This document shows positions 28,133 through 37,565 of a DNA stretch of 64,000 nucleotides, piece by piece. The DNA comes from Bacteroidia bacterium (GTDB taxonomy: Bacteria; Bacteroidota; Bacteroidia; 2-12-FULL-35-15). Both the position numbers and the translations under genes were made by a program. Position 1 is the first letter of the stretch, and every line of letters starts with the position of its first letter. The notes beneath the pieces were generated by a model that saw only the letters and a program-made list of their open reading frames with translations, made no database searches and was not told the origin of the DNA. The stretch spans positions 8,552 through 72,551 of the forward strand of contig DASVUX010000003.1 of the NCBI GenBank assembly GCA_036386835.1, written 5' to 3'.

Positions 28133-29668
28133 TTATTCGAACAAGGGCAATGTCCGTTGATTGATATCATTATTAAAACTTCCTATTGCCAGCATTCGCC
28201 ATCTTTTTGCGGCTTCAGCATTCAGGATATCCAGGACAGGATATTCATCTTTCAGCACCACGGCATCTTCCAGGTCAATGTTCTCCCTCTTTATAAAGCC
28301 TTCGTTCGGTTTTACGCTCTCCAGCGAAGCATAAAAAAGAAGGTTCCTCTGGTTCGGATCAGGGTCGGTGGGAAGTACTTCCACCTTAAAACCCGAAGCG
28401 AGAAAAGTCTTGTATATCGACCGCATCGACTTCCCGATCTTTCCGTCAATATATCCCAGGCTGTTTACAAATACGACTGCTCCGGGGTTCATGATCTGTT
28501 TTGTTTCTTCCAGTGATTCGGAAGTGAATACGTGGTTCGGAGGATCCTCTCCCTTGAATGTATCAAATACGATCAGGTCGTATTTTTTTTTGCAGGTCTT
28601 GATATAATGACGAGCATCATCAACCGTAACATTCACCTTATCACTCAGGAAAAAATACTTCTTCGCCACTTCCGCGATGCGCTTGTCAAGCTCGCAGACA
28701 TCAACGGAAAAACCTCTTTCCGTCAGCCGTTTTGCAACACTGCCCCCGCCTAAGCCAAGGAGGAGGATCTTTGAATTTTTGGGAATCGAGTCTGCGAAAT
28801 CAGAGATCCGGTAAACATACGTGAAGTATTTCTCTTCCTGGTTCCCTTCGTCAGCAAGTGAATCATACATCGTCTGGGAAATGCGGTTTACAAAAAGCCA
28901 ACGGCTGTGGCCATCGATCTTTTTTTCCTTGTTATAACGTGGGTAATCCAATACCATGAGCTGGCCGAGCAACCCTTCAGAACTATATACAACCTTTATA
29001 TTGGAAGCGGTTGATTTATAAGATGAAGCTGAAAAAGCCCATGCACAAAGCAAAAAAAACCCAAGGGCTTTACCGAATTGTTTCTGCTTTAAGAGGACGA
29101 GAAGCGGAAGAAAACCCAACACGACCCCGGTTATAATGGAGGGCAGTGTTAAACCGAAAGCAGGGATCACATAAAAACCGAAACCGAATGTAGCAATGAT
29201 CCCACCTGCCGTTGACACCGCGTAAATTGCACCTGCTGCTTTTCCGGCCTGTTCAATATCAGTGGTGATCACCCGGATGATGAGCGGTGAAACCATGCCC
29301 ATCATGAATACCGGCGGGAATAAAATAAACAGTGAGGAAACAATAACGGATGGGATAAGGCTGTGCATCCCGATTATCCAAAGGATGAAACGCGATGAAA
29401 AAGGCATAAGGACAGTAAAAACAGCTGCAGCCAGGAGAACATAGAACAGTGTGAAGGGGTTCCTGCTTTTATAGGAAAGAATCCCTCCGGCAAAATATCC
29501 TGCTGCCAGTCCGCCCAATGTAATGGCAAGAACACTTGCCCAAACATATAAAGAGGAACCGAAATACGGGGAAAGCATTTTAGCGCCAAGGAGCTCTGCT
29601 GCCATTACCGAGCCGCCTTCAATAAAGGAAAGCAGAAAATAAAAATTCCGGTTCTTTAATAATTGCAT
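28133..29668 (-). CDS. Fused polytopic membrane domain / spermidine-synthase-like methyltransferase
   Basis: N-terminal ~200 aa form 6-7 TM helices. The C-terminal domain carries ILLLGLGGGSVAKRL and DLIVFDTF SAM-dependent aminopropyltransferase motifs. Confidence 0.65.
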   Translation of the reverse strand: MQLLKNRNFYFLLSFIEGGSVMAAELLGAKMLSPYFGSSLYVWASVLAITLGGLAAGYFAGGILSYKSRNPFTLFYVLLAAAVFTVLMPFSSRFILWIIGMHSLIPSVIVSSLFILFPPVFMMGMVSPLIIRVITTDIEQAGKAAGAIYAVSTAGGIIATFGFGFYVIPAFGLTLPSIITGVVLGFLPLLVLLKQKQFGKALGFFLLCAWAFSASSYKSTASNIKVVYSSEGLLGQLMVLDYPRYNKEKKIDGHSRWLFVNRISQTMYDSLADEGNQEEKYFTYVYRISDFADSIPKNSKILLLGLGGGSVAKRLTERGFSVDVCELDKRIAEVAKKYFFLSDKVNVTVDDARHYIKTCKKKYDLIVFDTFKGEDPPNHVFTSESLEETKQIMNPGAVVFVNSLGYIDGKIGKSMRSIYKTFLASGFKVEVLPTDPDPNQRNLLFYASLESVKPNEGFIKRENIDLEDAVVLKDEYPVLDILNAEAAKRWRMLAIGSFNNDINQRTLPLFE

Positions 29669-29731
29669 AACTATCTTGAGCTGATAAAGATAGTTTTTTT
29701 TTGACCGCCGGATACAGGCTTCCTAAAAGAG

Positions 29732-30271
29732 TTAATCAAATGGTTCGTCAGAAAACACGATAGTGATTACGCCTGTGGCTTCTTTTTCTGTTTTAACGGG
29801 CTTGATTACACGCTCTCCCTTATATCTTGAATTCTGAGGGTCTATATCGTAGGCAGGGAACCATTTATGGATCTCCTCAAGAAAATTAAAACAATACAAA
29901 TTCAACGGGGGAAGCTGGGCGATCCTTACTTCAGGATATGTAACATCTTTCATGGTTACCCTGCCTTTCCGCGAAACCGTTATATTAATCCTGACCACCT
30001 GGGTGCTTTTACCCCGCATGTCGACTTTTATATTACGGAACTTTTCCCGGAAATAAGCAGAATAGTTAAACGGAAAACCATAGCCTTCCACAATTGGGAA
30101 AGGTTGAAAACTATTCGGCCCTTTTGTATTGAAATCGGCTGATGCCATGATATAGACACGCGGATCCTTTGCCCGTTCGATCCTGATGGTTCCCTGGTGT
30201 TCAAGCGAATCCGTCTGTGAAAAGAGCGGGACAAAGAAAAACGACAAAACAATTAAATAAACGTATCTCAT
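29732..30271 (-). CDS. Secreted hypothetical protein
   Basis: Signal peptide MRYVYLIVLSFFFVPLFSQ; no recognised domain. Confidence 0.4.
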   Translation of the reverse strand: MRYVYLIVLSFFFVPLFSQTDSLEHQGTIRIERAKDPRVYIMASADFNTKGPNSFQPFPIVEGYGFPFNYSAYFREKFRNIKVDMRGKSTQVVRINITVSRKGRVTMKDVTYPEVRIAQLPPLNLYCFNFLEEIHKWFPAYDIDPQNSRYKGERVIKPVKTEKEATGVITIVFSDEPFD

Positions 30272-30370
30272 GATGATTCTGCGAAAAGCTGATTTTTCGC
30301 ATCTTTTTCAAAGGTTTCTTTCCAGGTTGTTGTATAAACTTTAGTCCTCACATTCCTTTAAATCCCTAAC

Positions 30371-30811
30371 TTAATAAGTATGAATTTTGAAGCGGATGTT
30401 CATCCTGGTTGGTACAGGCTCCTGCGTGCATGTAGCCGGCATATAGAGTGGCATCAAACTTACAATTCGCTTAGCCTCGTTTTCAACTTCTTTGTCATTA
30501 ATCGGATCCAGTACTTTCAGAAAGGTTGATTTTCCATCTTTTTCAATCATATAGGAAAATTTCACCCATTCGTTGTCTTTGTGATTTTTAGCCGGGACCT
30601 TAAATTTAAAATCCTCGGTAATCAAAATCAATTCAGTAATAGTTGTGTCGGCAAATACAGGTTGAGTTTCCACATCCGTATAATTGTCCCTGCCAATTTC
30701 TTTATCAAAGACCGGTTTACATTTTTTGATCCGTCCTTTTACATTTTGCTGGCAAAACAGGGTATTGACAATAAAAACCGTGAAACAAAGCGTTACGAGT
30801 TTATTCTTCAT
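30371..30811 (-). CDS. Secreted TonB-C-terminal-like domain protein (weak)
   Basis: Signal peptide. Pattern VETQPVF...FSYMIEKDGK...DKEVENEAKRIVSLMPLYMPA resembles the TonB C-terminal fold. Confidence 0.35.
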   Translation of the reverse strand: MKNKLVTLCFTVFIVNTLFCQQNVKGRIKKCKPVFDKEIGRDNYTDVETQPVFADTTITELILITEDFKFKVPAKNHKDNEWVKFSYMIEKDGKSTFLKVLDPINDKEVENEAKRIVSLMPLYMPATCTQEPVPTRMNIRFKIHTY

Positions 30812-30847
30812 AATTACTTTAGATTAACTTCTTTTGCATGTACCTGA

Positions 30848-32560
30848 TCAGATATTAAAAAAGGCCTTCATATCCTCCATCGTTTTGAACTCCTGGTCTA
30901 CCCTTTTCATTAAAATTTCTTTATCGCCATTTTTTATACCTGCAAAATCTTCAGCACGCAGGTAATGAAGCACGCCATCTTCAACCGTCCATAAGACATT
31001 ACTCGACTTTGGATCAAATGTAAAGCGCTGAACAGGATTCTTCACATAAGTATATATTCCGTTGCGTTTCTTGTCGGCAAGAAAAATCTCATAACATTTA
31101 ATTTTCTGTTCGTCCTGCTTAACAAAAACTGCATTGCTGCAGATCACTCCCTGCGGATAAACACTTGGGTGATCACAATTATAAATCCCGAAGCTGCTGA
31201 TCATAAAAACCCTCTTTACTTTCTGCTCTGCGCCCATAGCAGCAAGTTCGCGGTCACGATCCCTTTTCCATTTTGCAAGTGCTTCTTCCTGCTTTTTCTT
31301 TGCAGCCAGGATCTTTGCCTGGTATTCTTCCTCTATTTTCTTTTCCTCCTGCTTCCGTTTTTCAAGACTTGCAGAATACTTGTCGAATTTTTCCTGGAAA
31401 CCTTTCATTGCAGCTTCATAATTCTTGCCTTCAAACACCGGGTAGACCACCAGCTCTACCTTCCGGGAACCTTTGAGAAGGTGAAGCACATAACTCTCTT
31501 CGCTTTTGTTTAAAGTGGCATCCTCCCACAAGGTTTTGTTCAGGTCCGCCCAGACAGCTTTATTTATGCCTTTATTCTCCGGGCTTAATTCCCACTGAAC
31601 ATTCTTATAAACACTGAATTCAGGGAATTCTTTAAGATCGAGCTCAAGATTGAATGTGTATTTCTCTTTATTAAGCTTTGCAGGCTTAACAGGCTCTGGC
31701 GGAGAATCCGGAAGCGCAGCCAGCTGTGTTGTCATCTCCGTTTTTGCTTCGGCTTTCTCTTTCTCTATCTGCCTGTATTCCTGCAATTGTTCAAATTCCT
31801 GTTCCGGAGCTACATTAAGACTTGTCCCCGGTTTGTCCGCAGACACAACCACCTTTTCCTTGCCGAGACATGACCAGTTATTTTTCACTGTATCCAGCTT
31901 GTATAAATTATAATGTGTTCCCTGCTGTTCTGATGCAAGCTCAACATTTATAGTCTTACCGGCAGCCATTTCCACCTGCTTTCCGTCTTTATAGGCCAGC
32001 ATTTCCATCATTCCTGCAGATTCGAAATGATACCTTCGACCTGCGCTGTCATACGTCATCGGGATGCCGCTTACGAAAAAATCAGCTACATCATGAAACT
32101 CACGGTATCTCAATTCAATCTCCCCTTTCAGTGGTTTTCCGTCTGCACCGGCAAATGCATTTTCAGGCACTGTCAGCCTGGAGCCTGTCCCGAACTCAAA
32201 AGAGCCGCCCTTCTCTGCATTGACTTTATACACAACGTAGGGAACATTCAGGCCTTTAAGAGGCGGGGCGATGCATGGTTTTGCTTCTTCCGTTTTATAG
32301 AATTCCGACAAGCCGCTGTCTTCCTGTCCCTGGACTACCGGTGCAGTACTTTTAACGACTTCTTTTTTATCACCCAGGAGCAGGATAGTGGTCACCACTA
32401 CCGCAGTGAGAGCAACTACACCTGAAAGGAACCAGGGCTTTTTAAACAATGGTTTCTGAACCAGGGTTGATGAATTTTTCAAAACCGAATTAAAGTCTTT
32501 GCGCTGGCTGATCTCATCTGCACTTACTTCCTGGCGGTTAATGTTAATTTTTCGTTTCAT
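30848..32560 (-). CDS. Putative anti-sigma factor (single-pass membrane protein) cognate to the upstream ECF sigma factor
   Basis: Sits immediately downstream of the ECF sigma gene on the same strand. Short cytoplasmic N-terminus, one TM (WFLSGVVALTAVVVTTILLL), large periplasmic domain with coiled-coil. Not a FecR-type domain. Confidence 0.45.
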   Translation of the reverse strand: MKRKININRQEVSADEISQRKDFNSVLKNSSTLVQKPLFKKPWFLSGVVALTAVVVTTILLLGDKKEVVKSTAPVVQGQEDSGLSEFYKTEEAKPCIAPPLKGLNVPYVVYKVNAEKGGSFEFGTGSRLTVPENAFAGADGKPLKGEIELRYREFHDVADFFVSGIPMTYDSAGRRYHFESAGMMEMLAYKDGKQVEMAAGKTINVELASEQQGTHYNLYKLDTVKNNWSCLGKEKVVVSADKPGTSLNVAPEQEFEQLQEYRQIEKEKAEAKTEMTTQLAALPDSPPEPVKPAKLNKEKYTFNLELDLKEFPEFSVYKNVQWELSPENKGINKAVWADLNKTLWEDATLNKSEESYVLHLLKGSRKVELVVYPVFEGKNYEAAMKGFQEKFDKYSASLEKRKQEEKKIEEEYQAKILAAKKKQEEALAKWKRDRDRELAAMGAEQKVKRVFMISSFGIYNCDHPSVYPQGVICSNAVFVKQDEQKIKCYEIFLADKKRNGIYTYVKNPVQRFTFDPKSSNVLWTVEDGVLHYLRAEDFAGIKNGDKEILMKRVDQEFKTMEDMKAFFNI

Positions 32561-32649
32561 TTGAGTAATTATATATTCAATTTTGTTTTTTAATAATCAG
32601 TTCTGATGCCTGGTATAAACGTTAATCATCCTGCCAGCTTATACTGAAC

Positions 32650-33213
32650 CTATTTTATCATTTTCTTTAATTTTTCAAGAACCCGGTAAGTCTTCACCTT
32701 TGCATTATTTTCAGTGATCTCCAGGATCTCCGCTATTTCTTTGAATGCCCGTTTTTCAAAGAACCTCATTTCTATAAGCTGCAGCTCATCTTCCGGCAGT
32801 CCGGAAATTATCTCAACTATCTTATCATGATATTCTTCGATCTTACTTTCCTGGATCTCTTCTATAATATGATAAACACTTACGGATTCAATATTAACAG
32901 TTCTCTGCGCTTTTTCTGCCCGGTAAAGATTATTAACCTCGCTTGATGCGATCCGGTAAAGCCATGAAGCAAATGGCACACCGCGGAATTCATATTTATG
33001 AAGGTTACCCAGGGCTTTTAAAAAAGTTTGCTGTGCCGCATCAAAAGCCTGCTCCTTATCATCAAGGCGCTGGTAAATGAAGCGAAAGATCTGCTCATAG
33101 TATTTATCATAGATCGCAGCGAACCGTTCAGGGTTCTTCTTCGCAGCCTCAATAACCGTCTGCTCATGGGCAAGGTCGGCCGGTGTTGCATGATATTTTG
33201 ACGTTTGTAGCAT
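32650..33213 (-). CDS. RNA polymerase ECF-type sigma-70 factor
   Basis: Region 2 (FRFIYQRL...AFDAAQQTFLKAL) and region 4 HTH (AFKEIAEILEITENNAKVKTYRVLEKLK). Confidence 0.85.
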   Translation of the reverse strand: MLQTSKYHATPADLAHEQTVIEAAKKNPERFAAIYDKYYEQIFRFIYQRLDDKEQAFDAAQQTFLKALGNLHKYEFRGVPFASWLYRIASSEVNNLYRAEKAQRTVNIESVSVYHIIEEIQESKIEEYHDKIVEIISGLPEDELQLIEMRFFEKRAFKEIAEILEITENNAKVKTYRVLEKLKKMIK

Positions 33214-33291
33214 ATATTAATTTAAGCGTGATTCAATAACGATTTCCCTGCAAATCTCCTTTATAACGGAAACGCCCCGAAAAGATACAGA

Positions 33292-33711
33292 TTATCTTAA
33301 CCGGAACCTGATCGGGAGGTTGAACTGTACTTTTACCGGGGTGCCCGCCTTTTTTCCCGGGATGAACCCGGGCATCATGCCGATGACCCTGAGAGCCTCG
33401 GAATCACATTCGGGGCAACCCGGAATCCCCTTTATTACCCTTAATCCGCTTAGACTTCCATTTTCTGCCACTACAAATGTAATGTAAACAGTTCCTGAAA
33501 TCCCCTTTTCCAGGGCTGTACGCGGATAAACGAAATTCGAACTGATGAACGCCATTAATGCTTCTGTCCCACCCGGAAATTCGGGCATTTGTTCAACAAC
33601 GCTATAAACAGTGTCGGCCGGAAGCTTTTTTACTTTAATCGTACCAATTCCGTTTGTTTGTGCATAAGAGCTGAATGCAAGAGGAAGAAGACAAATGAAT
33701 AATGCCCGCAT
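33292..33711 (-). CDS. Secreted TonB C-terminal domain protein (no TM or proline-rich region)
   Basis: Signal peptide. EFPGGTEALMAFISSNFVYP...GISGTVYITFVVAENGSL...CDSEALRVIGMMPGFIPGKKAGTPVKVQFNLPIRF is the TonB_C signature. Confidence 0.65.
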   Translation of the reverse strand: MRALFICLLPLAFSSYAQTNGIGTIKVKKLPADTVYSVVEQMPEFPGGTEALMAFISSNFVYPRTALEKGISGTVYITFVVAENGSLSGLRVIKGIPGCPECDSEALRVIGMMPGFIPGKKAGTPVKVQFNLPIRFRLR

Positions 33712-33741
33712 AATTATATATTTGATAAAGGGGATGATATA

Positions 33742-34188
33742 TTACCTGAACTCTATTGGTAAGCGGATACTTGTGGCTGCGACCTTCCCATTCCGGGTAC
33801 CGGGGTTCCATGGCCCCATCAGCCTGATCAGCCTTAATGCTTCTGTATCACATTCACCGCAGCCGGGTACTCCCTGGCTGATTGCTATGCTCCCGATTTT
33901 TCCGTCAGGGAAAACAGTAAAAGAAGTATTACAGGTCCCGCTGATTTTTTTATTTTTCACTTTACCGGGAACCCTGATATTTTCCGCAATAAATTTCTTT
34001 AAAGCCGCATCGCCACCTTTATACTGAGCCGGGACAATTATCCATTCTGAACTCTGTTCAGTCCGTATATAAGCAGTATCAACTGATCCCGTTATTTTCC
34101 CCGGCTTTTTCACCCTCACTGTCCCGTGCTTCTCCTGCCCGGAGAGCGTTGCGCTCATCAGCAAAAAGATAATAAGGAGTGTTCTCAT
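33742..34188 (-). CDS. Secreted TonB C-terminal domain protein, tandem paralog
   Basis: Signal peptide. QYKGGDAALKKFIAENIRVP...ISGTCNTSFTVFPDGKIG...CDTEALRLIRLMGPWNPGTRNGKVAATSIRLPIEF. Confidence 0.65.
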   Translation of the reverse strand: MRTLLIIFLLMSATLSGQEKHGTVRVKKPGKITGSVDTAYIRTEQSSEWIIVPAQYKGGDAALKKFIAENIRVPGKVKNKKISGTCNTSFTVFPDGKIGSIAISQGVPGCGECDTEALRLIRLMGPWNPGTRNGKVAATSIRLPIEFR

Positions 34189-34269
34189 TTTGTTTTTTTA
34201 TAATAACGGAGAAGAGTTCAAAAGATACAGTTTAGGGGAAGTTCCAGGAGAACGCTGAAACCCGGTGAT

Positions 34270-37200
34270 TTATTTTACAGCAACTATTTCCAGGTCTTCG
34301 ATATACACCAGCAGTTTCTCTGTGACCAGGTAACCCATCTGCGACAGAAGATCACCATAATGAATGATCTGCTCCAGGTGCTTTGTTTTTTTACCACCCG
34401 TTTTATAATCTATTATAACGGCATTCTTATTATCAATAACAACACGGTCGGGTCGGAAAAAATCACCGGCCAGTGAAATCACTTCTGCTTCATTCTTTAC
34501 TATCAGCCCTTTGCGGAAGCAGCCTTTCAAAGCGGGCAGCTCAATGATCTTTCCTATCGTAAGCTGCAAATGCGTTTTTTCTTCCCGGTCAATGAGCCCT
34601 TCCGCGAGCATGCTTTGCAGCGCGGCTTCAACATCTTCCGAATATTTTATTCTTGATAAGGCAGTATGGACCATGACACCATAATCTTTTTTTGTCTCCG
34701 CCATCGCTGTGTTCCAGATGCTCGGGGCGGCTGTCCGCATTTTAATGCTCTCGCGCCACTGGTTAGAGTTAAAGGATTCCAGTTTGAAATTCAGAACAGG
34801 AACTTCTGCTTTATGACCAACATGCAACTGCTCCTTCCCGAACGTATAAATGTTAACCGCATCCTGCCATTGGCCTGTGGACTGGTAGTAAAAAGCAAGC
34901 ATATCGCTGGTCTTGCCAATATTGGAGGGGTTCCGTGAAGGTTTGTCGGCAAGGATATACATCCTTTCTTCCGGGCGCGTGAATGCAACATACATCACAT
35001 TCATGCTATCGAGCAAGGATTTGCTTTTCTCTTCCTCATACAGGTCAGCGTAAGGTGTTTCCTTCAGGCTTTCACTCACAGGGACAAGCGCGGAGGAAAG
35101 GTTCGGAAGCTTTTCATTTTCTAAGCTGATCCAGAGATTATCTTTCCCGTTCTTTACCTTACCATTGGAGAATGGCAGGATCACTACAGGAAATTCAAGT
35201 CCTTTGGAACGATGGATGGTCATGATGCTCACCGCATTCATTCCCTGCGGGATCACTAACGAAGCCTTTTCTTTTTTGTCTTCCCAATAAAGGATAAAAT
35301 CGTTAAGGTTATTGTTTTTTTTAATGCTGTAGTTCAACACTTCATCAAGGTAAAACTGGATATAAGCATTAGGTTCTGCATTCAGCCTGAACAGCCCTAC
35401 AAGCTCTTCCACCAGCTCATACAGCGCCATCTTTGAAAGAATACTGTCATTGAATTGTGGCGCTGCCATCCGGATAACAGGCAGAAGGCCTTTTTCATTC
35501 TTCAGCGAGATCAGTTCATCAATACCCGATGTTATGTTCCCGGAAAAAATAAGGTATTCCAGGATCTCGGTGTGCACAATATTATCATTGGTGCTTGCCA
35601 GGAATTTAAGTACCGAATGCAGGAAATTGACATCTCGTGAATTACTAAGTAACAGGGAGTCCGAAGATATAACCGGGATGTTCTTCTCTGTAAGGTAATT
35701 TGCGATCTCGCTTCCGTCAGTGTTCTTGCGGACAAGAATAGCAACATCCTTGAGTTGATAATTATCTTCCAGGAGCCGTAGAATAATTGCGTATGTCCTT
35801 TCAAAATTCTTCTCACGCCATTCCTCCTGCTCTTCTTCCAGGAACTCCACCTGTACAAAACCTCCCGTATTCGCGGGATTGAATTCCTGCTCGAGATCAT
35901 CGTAGATTCCACGGTACTTTTCATTCAGCTGCCCGGATAAGACCCGGAAAACTGAATTGTTAAATTCGATGATCTCTTTTTTACTCCTGAAATTCCTGTT
36001 CAGTACTTTTGGATCATGGTTGCGCTTAAGGGACGCTTCCCTCTCAAGTACCAGTGGATTATCATTATGGGAGAAGATCTCCGGGAGCTTTGCAAACTGC
36101 TCCACTTCGCCTCCCCTCCAGCGGTAGATCGCCTGCTTGCCGTCACCTACAAGCATCGTGAAGTATCCGCTTGCCAGTGAATTGTCAATCAGCGGAAGCA
36201 GGTTCTGAAACTGCAGCACGGAAGTATCCTGGAATTCATCAATCAGGTAGTTGTTATACCTTTCTCCCAATCGTTCATAAATAAAAGGGATCGGCTCATT
36301 AAGAACGATCTTTGCGATCATTTTATTAAACTCAGAAATATGTACAATGCTGTTCTGCGATTTATATTCACTGAGAAGTTTTTCTATTTCATTCAGAACG
36401 GCAAGGGAATAAATGTTCCTGTTGATCAGCTGAAATAAGGTGTAATCCGAAAACCGTTCTTCCTTTATTACCTGGATGTTTTGAAATGCATCCAGTAATC
36501 CTGGTTTGAGCGCATCTATAGTCGCCTGGTCTTCGCGTGAAATTTTCCCTGCATACCATTTATCTTCACCTGTAGTTGCCCTGCAATAAGTATTTGGGGC
36601 TATTGCATCTACTCTTCCTTTTGCAAGTTTCTCAAAATATCCTGCTATACCGCGATCACCCTGAAAAAAATGTTTCGCTGTCAGCCCGCTGTTAACGATC
36701 AGGCCGTGGGCCTTTACAGCCTGGCCTTTTACATCTCCCTCGAAGCTTTTGATCTCGGTATAAAGTGTTTCCCTGATCTTAAAGAAGTCATCAACCGTGA
36801 GATCTTTCAGCCTTTCAATATACACAGCGCCTTCCTCATTCAGGAGGTTCTTTGCAAAACGCATCAGGTCAGTTTCAATGTGCCAGCTTTTCTCATCATC
36901 TGTTTTGCTTTCCGTAAACTCTATCAGCGCCCTTGTCAGCTTCTCATCATTCCCGATCCGGGCAATAAGAAGATCGATCGCCTGCGAGAGCAGCTTTTCA
37001 TCATCCATCTCAATTTCAAATGTCATCGGGATCTTGAGGTCGAAGGCAAATGTCCTCACCACTTTATGCACAAATGCATCGATCGTACCTATTGCAAAAT
37101 CAGAATAATTATGAAGTATTGATGTGAGGATCCGTTTTGCACGCTGCCGGATCAAAGCTTCTGTCATATTTCCCGAAGCATTCAGCTTCGGATGCTGCAG

Positions 37201-37458
37201 CAGGATCCCCAGCAGCGTTTTCGATCCGCCCGAAATATTTTTATAATCATCTTCAGCAAGCTCTTTCAATGCTTTTACAATCCGCTCCTTCATTTCAGCA
37301 GCGGCCTTATTTGTGAAAGTTATAGCAAGAATATGTTTGTACGCTTTCGGAGGATTAGATTCATCATTCAGTGCCAGGGCAAGGTATTCCTTAACCAGCG
37401 TGAATGTTTTACCGGAGCCGGCAGAGGATTTGTAGATCGTGAAATTCTTATCAGGCAT
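34270..37458 (-). CDS. UvrD/AddA-type superfamily-1 helicase fused to a C-terminal PD-(D/E)xK (RecB-family) nuclease
   Basis: Walker A SAGSGKTFTL at the N-terminus, UvrD helicase motifs throughout, C-terminal nuclease motif VIIDYKTGGKK...HYGDLL. 1062 aa. No AddB-like partner adjacent. Confidence 0.8.
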   Translation of the reverse strand: MPDKNFTIYKSSAGSGKTFTLVKEYLALALNDESNPPKAYKHILAITFTNKAAAEMKERIVKALKELAEDDYKNISGGSKTLLGILLQHPKLNASGNMTEALIRQRAKRILTSILHNYSDFAIGTIDAFVHKVVRTFAFDLKIPMTFEIEMDDEKLLSQAIDLLIARIGNDEKLTRALIEFTESKTDDEKSWHIETDLMRFAKNLLNEEGAVYIERLKDLTVDDFFKIRETLYTEIKSFEGDVKGQAVKAHGLIVNSGLTAKHFFQGDRGIAGYFEKLAKGRVDAIAPNTYCRATTGEDKWYAGKISREDQATIDALKPGLLDAFQNIQVIKEERFSDYTLFQLINRNIYSLAVLNEIEKLLSEYKSQNSIVHISEFNKMIAKIVLNEPIPFIYERLGERYNNYLIDEFQDTSVLQFQNLLPLIDNSLASGYFTMLVGDGKQAIYRWRGGEVEQFAKLPEIFSHNDNPLVLEREASLKRNHDPKVLNRNFRSKKEIIEFNNSVFRVLSGQLNEKYRGIYDDLEQEFNPANTGGFVQVEFLEEEQEEWREKNFERTYAIILRLLEDNYQLKDVAILVRKNTDGSEIANYLTEKNIPVISSDSLLLSNSRDVNFLHSVLKFLASTNDNIVHTEILEYLIFSGNITSGIDELISLKNEKGLLPVIRMAAPQFNDSILSKMALYELVEELVGLFRLNAEPNAYIQFYLDEVLNYSIKKNNNLNDFILYWEDKKEKASLVIPQGMNAVSIMTIHRSKGLEFPVVILPFSNGKVKNGKDNLWISLENEKLPNLSSALVPVSESLKETPYADLYEEEKSKSLLDSMNVMYVAFTRPEERMYILADKPSRNPSNIGKTSDMLAFYYQSTGQWQDAVNIYTFGKEQLHVGHKAEVPVLNFKLESFNSNQWRESIKMRTAAPSIWNTAMAETKKDYGVMVHTALSRIKYSEDVEAALQSMLAEGLIDREEKTHLQLTIGKIIELPALKGCFRKGLIVKNEAEVISLAGDFFRPDRVVIDNKNAVIIDYKTGGKKTKHLEQIIHYGDLLSQMGYLVTEKLLVYIEDLEIVAVK

Positions 37459-37565
37459 TTTAGTGGAAATGTAATTGCAAATTACACATTAAATCGCTAA
37501 TATTGTTATAGAGGAAACTTAAGTTTTCCCCTCAGAACGCACAACGATCCGCAATTTAAACACCG

